A stretch of 64,000 nt of DNA from Clostridiales bacterium. GTDB taxonomy: Bacteria > Bacillota > Clostridia > Christensenellales > JAISNN01. The stretch covers positions 207 to 64,206 of the forward strand of contig JAISOS010000033.1 in NCBI GenBank assembly GCA_031275485.1, in the 5' to 3' direction. Positions 18,638-27,624 of the stretch are shown here, one piece after another. Within the stretch, counting starts at the first letter, position 1, and the number at the start of each line of letters is the position of its first letter. The notes beneath the pieces are model-generated. The model was not told the origin of the DNA. It saw only the letters and a program-made list of their open reading frames with translations, and searched no databases. The position numbers and the translations under genes are program-made.

Positions 18638-20263
18638 TCAAATGCCGAAATCCTCGAACACCGTAATATTCTCCGCCGACCTTTCGCCGTCGTTTTCGCC
18701 GTCGTTTTTCGCGCCCTTGACGCGCCTGTACATAACGAACGCAAGCAACGCCAATATCGCCGCAACACCGGCATACGACGCCGTCCGGAAAACCTCGTCG
18801 TAGAGCACGGCATACGGTCTTTCGCCGAGCCTGCTTTCCTCCATAACGGAAACGAAATCCTCTTTCAGCATCGCGGACGCGAGCAACGCGACTACGGCGT
18901 CGCCCTGAACGCAGCCTGTTTCGCCGTAGTATTTGAGATAATTTTCCAGCGTATCGTCCTTTGTGTTGATAATGTTCGGGTGTTCCTTCGATTCGCTCAT
19001 AACGAACGAATCCGTGATTTCAAAATTCGCGCTCATAAACAGCGCGGTATTTATGCCCGCCTTAAAAAATGGCGCGTGTCCGCTCGCCATACCGTTGACG
19101 GCGTAAGGCAGTCCGGAGTAAGTATCCTCTATGAGTATTACGCGTCCGCGCGGAACCTGTCTTATTTGTATATCGGAATTTTTCGCCGTTTCCGTCAAAA
19201 AAACGCCGTGCTTTCTGTCGATCTCGTCGGTATAGAGATAGAGATAATCGCCTCCGCCTATGCAATCGAGATTTACCATAAGCAGGGTATTTTCTATTTC
19301 GTTTTCCGTCATCGCGGCGACAAAGGCGAGACTTCCCGCCAGCCCGTATTCCTCGGCGGTAAAGGCGGCGAAAACCACGTCGAAAGGGAAGCTCATATCC
19401 TGGACGACGCCGGCAAGCGCGAGCATTACGGCGACTCCCGAGGCGTTGTCGGACGCGCCGTAGGATTGCGCGTTATTCGCGTATACCTTATTGTCGTAAT
19501 GCGCCCCGATTATAACCTTTTTTTTAACATCCGCGCCGCCGACCGTTCCCGGTTTTACGAAAAGAACGTTATAGGACGACGCGGGGCGGCCGTCCCTCTC
19601 GAACGCGACCGGCATTCCGCCTCTTTCGTCCGTCAGCGTCCCGTCCTTTCCGAAATCGTAAGGCGCGTAACCGAGTCCCGTAAAAAACTTCGACAAATAT
19701 TCCGCGGCGGCGGCGCAGCCCGGCGTCCCCGCCTCGCGTTCGGGATTTTTTTCGGCAAAATCTATAAGCAGATTATACGTCAAGCCGCTCTCCTTTCTCG
19801 TAACGGCGGCGGTAAGAATTTCGTAATATTTTGAAAATTCCGAGTCCGAAGCGGTCTCAAAAGCCTCTGAACGTTCGGCGTATTCCGAGCGGGCGGCGGC
19901 AAAAATTCCGTGACGTTTCGAATATTTTGAAAATTCCGGAAGCGAAGCCGCAAGCGCGGTAAACGCCGTCACGATGACCAAAAACGCGCTCATACGCCGC
20001 GTCGCGCGTTTTTTATTTTCGCCGCCGTCCGTAAATTCTTTTTTATCCGCGCCGCTTGCGCCGCGCGTAAGCTCTTTTTTATACGCCGCGCCGATAATGT
20101 TTACACACTCCTTTTTGTCCGCGCCGTTTGTAACGATTACGCGCTCCTTTTTACCCGTAGCGCTCGCGTCGTTCTCCGGCATTTTTTTATTCTTTTTTAT
20201 ACCGTCCGCGCAGTTTAAGCCGTCGGCAAACCCTTTTTCATTCACGCAGTTTACGCCTCTCAT
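18638..20263 (-). CDS. M28-family membrane-anchored aminopeptidase
   Basis: IGAHYDN.., ASDNASGVAVMLALA and FTAEEYGLAGS motifs. Start set at ATG 20263, which overlaps the upstream stop (ATGA) and follows a GGGAGG SD. TM segments near both termini. Confidence 0.75.
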   Translation of the reverse strand: MRGVNCVNEKGFADGLNCADGIKKNKKMPENDASATGKKERVIVTNGADKKECVNIIGAAYKKELTRGASGADKKEFTDGGENKKRATRRMSAFLVIVTAFTALAASLPEFSKYSKRHGIFAAARSEYAERSEAFETASDSEFSKYYEILTAAVTRKESGLTYNLLIDFAEKNPEREAGTPGCAAAAEYLSKFFTGLGYAPYDFGKDGTLTDERGGMPVAFERDGRPASSYNVLFVKPGTVGGADVKKKVIIGAHYDNKVYANNAQSYGASDNASGVAVMLALAGVVQDMSFPFDVVFAAFTAEEYGLAGSLAFVAAMTENEIENTLLMVNLDCIGGGDYLYLYTDEIDRKHGVFLTETAKNSDIQIRQVPRGRVILIEDTYSGLPYAVNGMASGHAPFFKAGINTALFMSANFEITDSFVMSESKEHPNIINTKDDTLENYLKYYGETGCVQGDAVVALLASAMLKEDFVSVMEESRLGERPYAVLYDEVFRTASYAGVAAILALLAFVMYRRVKGAKNDGENDGERSAENITVFEDFGI

Positions 20264-20841
20264 AAGCCGCCTCCCGAAAACAAGGAAAACGCGGTAAGAG
20301 CGATTTCCGTTCCGAAATAGAGGTATGCCAGCCCCACGAAAAATCTTTTCGCGTGTTTTTCCGGCACATAATCGTTGACGAAGCAATACGCGAAAAGTAT
20401 ATATCCGACCGTCGAGAACACGAATTCTATAAGGGATATATACGGCATGAAAATATAAGGATTCGCCGCGTACAATATGTTCATAAGCGCGGACGGAATA
20501 TTGGCGAAAGTTATGAAAAACACGAGATACAGCCCCGCGTCCGCAAGCGGAATTTTTACGCCGTACCGGAGCGCGAAAACGCCTATCGCTATGCGGCATA
20601 TAAAGTAGACGGCGGCGGCGCCTAAAAGCGCGCTCGCCAGCATATAGGCGTACACGCCGTAAGGCAGCGCGGCGAGCGCGGAAAGGTCGAACGCGTCCGC
20701 TAAAAACGGCAACGTATACGCCTCCGCCCTCAGCATAAAAAAATCGCGCGCGAAAAACGACAAAACGAACGCCGCGAGAACGAACGCTTTTGGAATTTTT
20801 CTTATTTTTTCGATTACGGGTTTAACGTTTAATCGCGGCAT
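20260..20841 (-). CDS. polytopic membrane protein, unknown function
   Basis: 193 aa, about 5 hydrophobic segments. Translationally coupled (ATGA) to the M28 peptidase gene. Confidence 0.5.
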   Translation of the reverse strand: MPRLNVKPVIEKIRKIPKAFVLAAFVLSFFARDFFMLRAEAYTLPFLADAFDLSALAALPYGVYAYMLASALLGAAAVYFICRIAIGVFALRYGVKIPLADAGLYLVFFITFANIPSALMNILYAANPYIFMPYISLIEFVFSTVGYILFAYCFVNDYVPEKHAKRFFVGLAYLYFGTEIALTAFSLFSGGGL

Positions 20842-21108
20842 TTTTCTTTACGGACTTCCCTTCCGTTTTTAAAGTTTTTTATATTGTTTAAATTGTTTTT
20901 CAATGTTTTTTATATCGTTTTTCAGCGTTTTCCGCGCCGTTTTTTCGCTCTTTCTAATAGCGTTTTTCATATCGCTTTTTCACGCTTTTAATACCGTTTT
21001 TCGCATTATTTTTTTATCGCTTTCCGCGTCGTTTAATCAGCTTTTTCATATCGTTTCACGCCGTTTTTTGCCGTTTTTATTCTGCTTCTCAGATTTTTTA
21101 CGCCGTTT
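20842..21108 (+). repeat. T-tract array
   Basis: 16 runs of T5-T7 on the plus strand and no A5+ run. Units such as tcgtttttcag, ccgttttttcg, gcgtttttcat, cgctttttcac are spaced about 10-12 bp. Confidence 0.75.
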
Positions 21109-22092
21109 TTACACGGTTAATATATATGAAAACGACAAATCCAACGCCGCTTTTTCGCTTATTGTTCCGCTTTTAAAAAGGTATTCGCACATCGTCAGCT
21201 TGTCGATAATTTTTTTAAGCGCGAGGTTGGAAAAATTCGCCGAAAGTCTGCGCGCGATCACAATCGAATATTCCTTGACCTTAAAGGCGGCGGCAAGCTC
21301 CGCGTCGGCTAGGGACGACAGTTTCGCGTGCATAATGCGCCGGAACTGCGAGGTTATCAAAGATAACAAAAACGAGGGCGTCTCGCCTCTTTCGAGGAGT
21401 ATGCCGTATATTCCGACCGCGTTTTTTCCGTCCTTTTTAGCGAGGCGGTCGGTAAGCTCGAACACCTGCGTTTCGGTATCGGGCGCGACGCATTCATTCA
21501 CGTCGGCAAGAGCGATATTTTTTTCGCTTCTTTCGGCGGCGAAGCACATGAGCTTGTCCGCTTCGCCGCGTATGCGGAGCATATCGCCGTTGCAATATTT
21601 AATCAACGTTTCGGCGACCGACGCGTCGATTGAAAAGCCTCTTCTTTGCAGGGAATTTTTGAGCCATCTCATGACAAGCGCGGGCTCCAAGCCGCCGCAG
21701 GTTATGATTTCGGCGTATTTGTCCGCAAATTTAAAAGCGCCCGCGTCGTCGTCCAGTACCATAACGGTCGTTTCGCAGGGGGCTTTCACGTAATCCGCCA
21801 AAAGATTTTTGTCGCCGTCGGAAATTTTCGCGCCCTGCGGAGCCTTATAGACAAGCGCCTTTTTCCCTCCTAAAAAAGAAAACGTCTCCGCCTCCGCGAC
21901 AAGCTCGCGTATACCCGCGCCGTCGTCGAAACGTATATAATTTATGCCCGAATCATCCGGCACCGCGTTTTTTATCCTGCCTAAAACGACGTCCTTTAAA
22001 TAGGCGTCGCCTCCTCTTAAAATATAGACGGGACGCAAATCGTTCGCCTCAAACTCGACGGCGTTCAATGCCCTTTCCTCCGTTATTTCCAT
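21109..22092 (-). CDS. holA: DNA polymerase III delta subunit
   Basis: About 327 aa with a HolA-like N-terminus (RPVYILRGGDAYLKD) and helical C-terminal domains. Start is uncertain (ATG 22092 or GTG 22098). Confidence 0.7.
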   Translation of the reverse strand: MEITEERALNAVEFEANDLRPVYILRGGDAYLKDVVLGRIKNAVPDDSGINYIRFDDGAGIRELVAEAETFSFLGGKKALVYKAPQGAKISDGDKNLLADYVKAPCETTVMVLDDDAGAFKFADKYAEIITCGGLEPALVMRWLKNSLQRRGFSIDASVAETLIKYCNGDMLRIRGEADKLMCFAAERSEKNIALADVNECVAPDTETQVFELTDRLAKKDGKNAVGIYGILLERGETPSFLLSLITSQFRRIMHAKLSSLADAELAAAFKVKEYSIVIARRLSANFSNLALKKIIDKLTMCEYLFKSGTISEKAALDLSFSYILTV

Positions 22093-22598
22093 ACGCACGG
22101 TTTTACGCGCGGTTATTATTTTCGCCGCCGTTATGTTTTAGGCTTCCTACGACGCCGCCTATCGGAAGCTTTTTATATATTATACCATTCGAACGTTTTT
22201 TAGTAAAGAAAAATTCGTCCGAATTTATTTTTTTTCGACATTTTGGATGTCGCGGATTTTTAATTTACCGCGCTCCCGCAGCTTGTGCGGAATATTCTTT
22301 TGGCGCGCCCGGGCGTCCCCGCCGTCGCGCCGTTTTAAAGGACGTCGTTCAAATAAACTATAAAACTCTAAAAAAGACAACCGGCGGCGGCACTCCTTAG
22401 CGCGGGGCTTTCCGCTCCGCAAGCCGGATTTTACAATATTTTTCAATCGGATTTAACAGCATTATCTTTCAGAATAAAACTTTTGTAACGCGCAATTCCG
22501 TTCGTTTCAAATTTCGCCGTAATTATTATTAGGGCGCCGTTCACACTTTTTCATAAAAACTCGTCGATCCCCGTTCGCGTAACCCCGCAAAACTTATC

Positions 22599-22667
22599 GA
22601 AGTTTTTTTTGGGGGAAAGAGGCGCCGGGGGAAAGCCTTTCGTTCACAAAAGGTTTCCCGCGCATAT
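22599..22667 (+). repeat. REP1 hairpin element
   Basis: gaagttttttttgggggaaagaggcgccgggggaaagcc..aaaaggtttcccgcgcatat. Lies 23 bp from the kinase stop. Confidence 0.7.
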
Positions 22668-22689
22668 CGTTATGCAAAATAAAAAAAAA

Positions 22690-23700
22690 TTAATTCTTGT
22701 TCAACAGAACGGTAAATTCCGTGCCCGCGCCTTCCTCGCTGACAAACGAGATTTTGCCGTTGAATTTTTCTATTATCTTTTTGGTTATCGCGAGTCCGAG
22801 ACCGCTACTGCCCTGATTGCTCGTCTTATCGCCCACAAAGAATTGCTCGAAAACTCTCCGCTGCAATTCCTTTTTGATACCGACGCCGCTGTCCTTGACC
22901 GAAAAGGTAATGTTTGCGCCGTCCGTCAGACTAATTTTGATTCTGCCGTTCGCCGCGGTATACTTTATCGCGTTGGAAATCAGGTTGAGCCACACGAGGT
23001 AGAGCAGCTCCTCGTTGCCCGTATAGGCGATCGGGTCCAAATCGACAACCATATCTATATTTTTTTCCTCCCACTCTTTTTGCATAAGCAGGATTATGCG
23101 TTTTATCTGCTCGTCGAGGCGGAAGCTGTCATTCCGCTTGACGATATCCGCGTATTCGAGAGCGGAAAGCCGTAATAAATCGCGGGATAGCTTGTGCAGG
23201 CGTTCGGTCTCCGTCAGCAAAATATCGGCGTATTCCTTCCTTTCGGCGTCGCTTACGCCGTCCTTTTTCAGGAGCATGGCGTAGCCTTTCAGAGAGGTTA
23301 TCGGCGTTTTAAATTCGTGCGAAATATTGTTGACAAATTCCTTGCTCAGATATTCGTTCGTGCGCAACGCCTTAACCATAAGATTAAAGTTTTCCGTAAG
23401 CTCGCTCAGCTCGTCGTTGGAAAAGTCCTTTATGTCGAAATCAAAATTGCCCTTGGCGACGATTTTCGCCGCGACGGTCAGCTTTTTCACGCGCCGTATG
23501 ACTATATACTCGGTCGCGAGCGCGAAAAATACGAGAATAAGCAGAGCGATAATCATAATGAATATAAAAAACTTATCCCTCGTCATAGTTATATTCTCGC
23601 GATTACTCATATTGATAACGAGAAAAAACGTCGCGAAAAGCGATACGATGAATAAAATAATGAACAACGAAAACAGCAGCTTAGCCGTCAATTTTTTCAT
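22690..23700 (-). CDS. sensor histidine kinase (HAMP-HisKA-HATPase)
   Basis: Two TMs, H-box SHEFKTPITSLKGY, N/G boxes NLISNAIKYT and GSSGLGLAITKKI. Confidence 0.85.
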   Translation of the reverse strand: MKKLTAKLLFSLFIILFIVSLFATFFLVINMSNRENITMTRDKFFIFIMIIALLILVFFALATEYIVIRRVKKLTVAAKIVAKGNFDFDIKDFSNDELSELTENFNLMVKALRTNEYLSKEFVNNISHEFKTPITSLKGYAMLLKKDGVSDAERKEYADILLTETERLHKLSRDLLRLSALEYADIVKRNDSFRLDEQIKRIILLMQKEWEEKNIDMVVDLDPIAYTGNEELLYLVWLNLISNAIKYTAANGRIKISLTDGANITFSVKDSGVGIKKELQRRVFEQFFVGDKTSNQGSSGLGLAITKKIIEKFNGKISFVSEEGAGTEFTVLLNKN

Positions 23701-23887
23701 TAAAACACCTTTTTATTTTACGTTAATTCTCCGTTTTTATTTGCTTTTATCCGCGTATTTTCCACGCCTTTATATTTTAGGGTTCGCCGCCGAAAAAAAC
23801 GGCGATCCCTCTTTGCCTGTGTTCCGCCGCGCTTTTATACATATGAATCCGTAGCCGGAAACGGCGATAAAGCTAAATATTATTCTA

Positions 23888-24577
23888 TTACGTCTTGTCC
23901 GGCTTGTTCCTTATCACGCCCTTATATCCCAATCCGCGTATCGTGACGATCTCGAAATCGTCGATATCCGCAAGCTTCTCCCGAATCCTTTTGATATGCA
24001 CGTCCACGGTTCTGTCGTCGCTCTCGCTGTCGTACCCCCAAATTTCGTCCATAAGCTGCATACGCGTAAAAATCCTGTCCGGCGTGGAAATCAGCTTGAA
24101 CAGTAGCTGAAATTCCTTCTTCGGCATTTCTATAACGTTCTTTCCCGACACGACCGTGAGGTTTTCATAATTTATAACCACGTTGTTAATCTTTATAATT
24201 TTGTCCATAGCGTTCTTGCTCCGGCGCATAAGCGCGCGCACTCTGAGCATCATTTCATCCATATCTATGGGCTTGACCATATAGTCGTCCGCGCCGCTCT
24301 TAAAGCCCTCTTTCTTGTCGTCAAGCGCGCTCTTCGCCGTCAGCATGAGTATCGGTATGTCCTTGTTTTCCTTTCGGATTTTCGCGCAAAGCTCGGTGCC
24401 GCTCATATTCGGCATCATTATATCCGTTATCACCATATCGAAAAACTCGCTCCTGAATTTTTCCAGCGCGTCCTCGCCGTCTACCGCCTCGACAACCGAA
24501 TAATTTTCGTTCTTTAAATAATTCGCGACAAGCTTGCGAATATTCCTCTCGTCGTCGACCATAAGTATCTTAAACAT
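23888..24577 (-). CDS. OmpR-family response regulator
   Basis: Receiver domain (MVDDERNI.., ITDIMMPNMSG, LTAKS) plus winged-helix output (RTVDVHIKRIREKL, IVTIRGLGYK). Confidence 0.9.
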   Translation of the reverse strand: MFKILMVDDERNIRKLVANYLKNENYSVVEAVDGEDALEKFRSEFFDMVITDIMMPNMSGTELCAKIRKENKDIPILMLTAKSALDDKKEGFKSGADDYMVKPIDMDEMMLRVRALMRRSKNAMDKIIKINNVVINYENLTVVSGKNVIEMPKKEFQLLFKLISTPDRIFTRMQLMDEIWGYDSESDDRTVDVHIKRIREKLADIDDFEIVTIRGLGYKGVIRNKPDKT

Positions 24578-24633
24578 ATTTACCTCTTATTTTTTTGAGA
24601 TTACGCGAAGAGGGGGATTCTCTTATTTTTTTC

Positions 24634-24699
24634 AAAATTACGCGGCGGAAACCTTTTGTAAACAAAAGGTTCTCCCCCGCGCCCATTTCCAAAAACTCC
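24634..24699 (-). repeat. REP1 hairpin element
   Basis: aaaattacgcggcggaaacctttt-gtaaac-aaaaggttctcccccgcgcccatttccaaaaactcc. Faces the regulator start (57 bp). An extra TAATC-arm fragment lies at 24596-24632. Confidence 0.7.
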
Positions 24700-24878
24700 G
24701 GCGTATTTTTACGACCCTATTTAAACCGTATAATAAGGATATTATATCACGGCAAACGAAAATTTGCAATAAAAATCGGAATGAAATGTCGGAACGCCTA
24801 TATACAATAGACGAAAACGCCGGATTTTCGGGGCTTGCGAGACATTTTTTGCGTTTATCCGTTTATATATAAATGATA

Positions 24879-24943
24879 AAGTTTTTTGGAAAGGGGCGCG
24901 GGGAAAAATCTTTCGTATCAATAAGGTTTACGCCGCGTAATTT
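24879..24943 (+). repeat. REP1 hairpin element
   Basis: aagttttttggaaaggggcgcggggaaaaatc..ggtttacgccgcgtaattt. Faces the DUF421 gene start (83 bp). Confidence 0.65.
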
Positions 24944-25025
24944 ATAAATAATAAAAAATTAAAAATTATAAAAATCTCTCTCTATTTTACCGTATAATCG
25001 AAAAAACCTTCCGCATAATATTAAT

Positions 25026-25727
25026 ATGCTGGTAATTTTTTTACGTTCGGTTATAATCTACGTAAGCCTATTCGTACTAATGCGCCTTATGGGGAAGAGG
25101 CAACTGTCCGAATTGCAGCCTTTCGAATTTGTGATAACCCTTATTTTGGCGGATTTAGCGTGCGTGCCCATGGCGGAAACGGCTATACCTATAATATACG
25201 GTTTGATTCCGATTTTTTCCGTTTTTATGCTGCACATATTGATAGCCATCCTTTCCATAAAGAGCATAAAAATGCGAAAAATTTTGAACGGAGTACCGCA
25301 AATAATCATAAATAAAGGGAATTTATGTTTCGACAACATAAAAAAACTCGGTATGCATACGGGAGATATTTTGGAGGGGCTGAGGAATAAAGGTTTTTTT
25401 TCGCCGCTCGAGGTGGAATTTGCAATCGTGGAAACAAACGGGATGTTAAGCGTACTGCCGAAATCCTTCTCGCGCCCGCTCACGCCCGAGGACATGGGCA
25501 TAGCCGCCGCCGCTCCTTCCCTTCCCGTAACGCTGATTATGGAAGGCAGAATGCTTCACGACAATATCGTCAACTTCGGCACGGACGAAAAAAAGGTCGC
25601 GGCGCTACTGAAAAAACTGCGTCTGCGTCGGAAGGACGTGTTGCTGCTCACCGCCGACCGCGAAAAAAAACTTTTCGTCCAAGCCTACCGAGAGGATTTT
25701 CGGACAATGACCGAGCCGGAGCTTTGA
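25026..25727 (+). CDS. DUF421 (YetF-like) membrane protein
   Basis: N-terminal RLMGKRQLSELQPFEFVITLILADL signature with TM helices. Confidence 0.7.
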   Translation: MLVIFLRSVIIYVSLFVLMRLMGKRQLSELQPFEFVITLILADLACVPMAETAIPIIYGLIPIFSVFMLHILIAILSIKSIKMRKILNGVPQIIINKGNLCFDNIKKLGMHTGDILEGLRNKGFFSPLEVEFAIVETNGMLSVLPKSFSRPLTPEDMGIAAAAPSLPVTLIMEGRMLHDNIVNFGTDEKKVAALLKKLRLRRKDVLLLTADREKKLFVQAYREDFRTMTEPEL

Positions 25728-25857
25728 GCGGATAACGAAAACGCGATAAACTAAGCGGCACGCGCAAATTTTTTATCGAAAACATTAAAAAACCGCGCCG
25801 AAATAAAGGCGCAAAAAAATAGGCGCCGCAAAAAAGATTTTCAAGGAAAAACACCGT

Positions 25858-26241
25858 ATGAAACAAGCAAAAACCGTCGCCCTGATATTATTCGTTCTGG
25901 TAATCGCGGGCGGAATAGCGGAGCAGGTCTATGTGAACAAGACGTTCTCCGATTTTCAAGGCTATATAAGCTATTTCGAGGAAGGTCTGAACGGCGAAAA
26001 CCTGAGTTCGGAAAAATTCGAAGCGGAAAAATTCGAGGCGTGGTGGGAACGGCAGCTAGACGTAATCGAATCGCTCGCGCACAGCCGCGATATAAAGACG
26101 GCAACGCAGGAAATAGCGCGGCTGAGAGCGTATATAACCGTCGGTAACGCAGAGGAAGCGCGCGTCTCTCTCATCGCCTTGGAGGCTATGGGGAACGATT
26201 TAAAGGAGCTTTTAACGTTTAGCTTAAAGCACGTAATATAA
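25858..26241 (+). CDS. DUF4363-like small membrane-anchored protein
   Basis: 127 aa with an N-terminal TM then a helical domain. Typical partner of DUF421 genes. AAGGAAAA SD. Confidence 0.5.
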   Translation: MKQAKTVALILFVLVIAGGIAEQVYVNKTFSDFQGYISYFEEGLNGENLSSEKFEAEKFEAWWERQLDVIESLAHSRDIKTATQEIARLRAYITVGNAEEARVSLIALEAMGNDLKELLTFSLKHVI

Positions 26242-26249
26242 CGGAAAGG

Positions 26250-26480
26250 AAACGCGTTTTTTATACTTTCAAAGCGTATCTTTCAAAATTAAAGGCACAA
26301 GATAAAAACGCGCTTTTTACGCTTTTAAAGCGCATCTTTCAACGTTAAAACAGCGGCATAGGAATTGCGTTTTTTACGCTTTCAAGGCGTGTTTAAAACC
26401 GATATTAAGACAGCGGCCATGAAACCGTATTTTTTACGTGCCGAAATTCGTTTTTACGGCGTTAATTCCGCCGTTCAATA
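26250..26480 (+). repeat. degenerate ~57-bp tandem repeat (4 units), T-tract type
   Basis: Units begin with the T-runs at 26257, 26314, 26370 and 26430 (acgcgttttttatactttcaaagcg.. / acgcgctttttacgcttttaaagcg.. / tgcgttttttacgctttcaaggcg..). Confidence 0.6.
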
Positions 26481-26524
26481 CGCGCGGTATTTTATCGTAA
26501 AACGACGCGTAAATCAGTCCGTTT

Positions 26525-27418
26525 TTATAAAATTCCGTCCGCGAAATCTTCCGCGTTAAAGGGCAAAAGGTCGGTTATTTTTTCGCCGACTCCGACGTAA
26601 ACCACCGGCATATCCTTTTCGCACGCGACGGCGACGACCACGCCGCCCTTCGCGGTTCCGTCAAGCTTGGTCAAAATTATGCCGTCGACATCTATCGCCT
26701 CGTCGAAAACGCTCGCTTGCGAAAGGGCGTTCTGCCCCGTCGTCGCATCCAAAACTATGTAATTGCGCCTGTCCGCCTGAGGATACTCGCGCTCGATAAC
26801 GCGGTTTATTTTTTTCAATTCTTCCATCAAATTTTTCTTGTTTTGGAGTCTGCCCGCAGTGTCCACAAGGACGACGTCCGTCTTTTTCGCCTTTGCGGAG
26901 GCAATCGCGTCGAATACGACCGCGCCCGGATCCGCGCCCTCGCCGTGCGCGATAATTTTTACGCCCGCGCGCTCCGCCCAGATCTCAAGCTGCTCGGACG
27001 CCGCCGCGCGGTAGGTGTCCGCCGCGGCTATAACGACCGATTTGCCGTCATCCTTAAACAGCTTGGCAAGCTTGCCTATCGCCGTGGTCTTGCCCGCGCC
27101 GTTCACGCCCGTTATCAAGAGCAAAAGCGGATAATTATAGGGCGGAACATCGTAATCCACCTTGTCCGCGATGATCTTTTTCAGCAATTTTTTCGCCGAT
27201 TCCGTGTCCGTTATGCGGTTTTTGAATACGCCGTCCTTTAATTCGGCGACTATTTCCTCCGACGCCGCCGCGCCCATATCCGCAAATATCAGGGCTTCCT
27301 CCAAACCGTCGTAAAAATTTTCGTCCAAATCGGCGGCTTTAAAAACCTCGAAAATTTTTTTCGCGACGGCTTCTTTGGTTTTTTTTAACCCCTCGGCAAT
27401 CTTAGAAAAGAACCCCAT
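26525..27418 (-). CDS. ftsY: signal recognition particle receptor FtsY
   Basis: NG domain: GVNGAGKTTAIGKLA, DTAGRLQNK, TKLDGTAKGG. Confidence 0.9.
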   Translation of the reverse strand: MGFFSKIAEGLKKTKEAVAKKIFEVFKAADLDENFYDGLEEALIFADMGAAASEEIVAELKDGVFKNRITDTESAKKLLKKIIADKVDYDVPPYNYPLLLLITGVNGAGKTTAIGKLAKLFKDDGKSVVIAAADTYRAAASEQLEIWAERAGVKIIAHGEGADPGAVVFDAIASAKAKKTDVVLVDTAGRLQNKKNLMEELKKINRVIEREYPQADRRNYIVLDATTGQNALSQASVFDEAIDVDGIILTKLDGTAKGGVVVAVACEKDMPVVYVGVGEKITDLLPFNAEDFADGIL

Positions 27419-27530
27419 AACCTATTCCCGTTTCCTTTTCTTTACTTTTTCGGTATATTTTTATCGTTTTTTCAGCGCTTTTTGCCGCATTTTCAATCTT
27501 TTTTAAGAGAGCTTACCAAATGCCGACGCC
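27419..27530 (+). repeat. T-tract array
   Basis: ctttactttttcgg, tatatttttatcgttttttcagcgctttttgccgcattttcaatctttttt. Confidence 0.55.
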
Positions 27531-27624
27531 GCCTAATAATAATATATATTAATTTCGGAAATTCGCGGGCAAAAGGCTTCCCCCCCACACACACATAATC
27601 CCAATACCTGTACCCGTCTCTTTT

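Noticed and set aside
18512-19834. 440-aa plus-strand ORF
   Set aside because: It is entirely antisense to the well-supported M28 peptidase gene. It is R-rich, has no recognisable motifs and has no SD. It is a shadow ORF typical of GC-rich coding DNA.
27559-27587. REP1-like fragment aaattcgcgggcaaaaggcttccccccc after the smc stop
   Set aside because: It is too truncated and rearranged to score as a copy. It is not counted in the family statistics.
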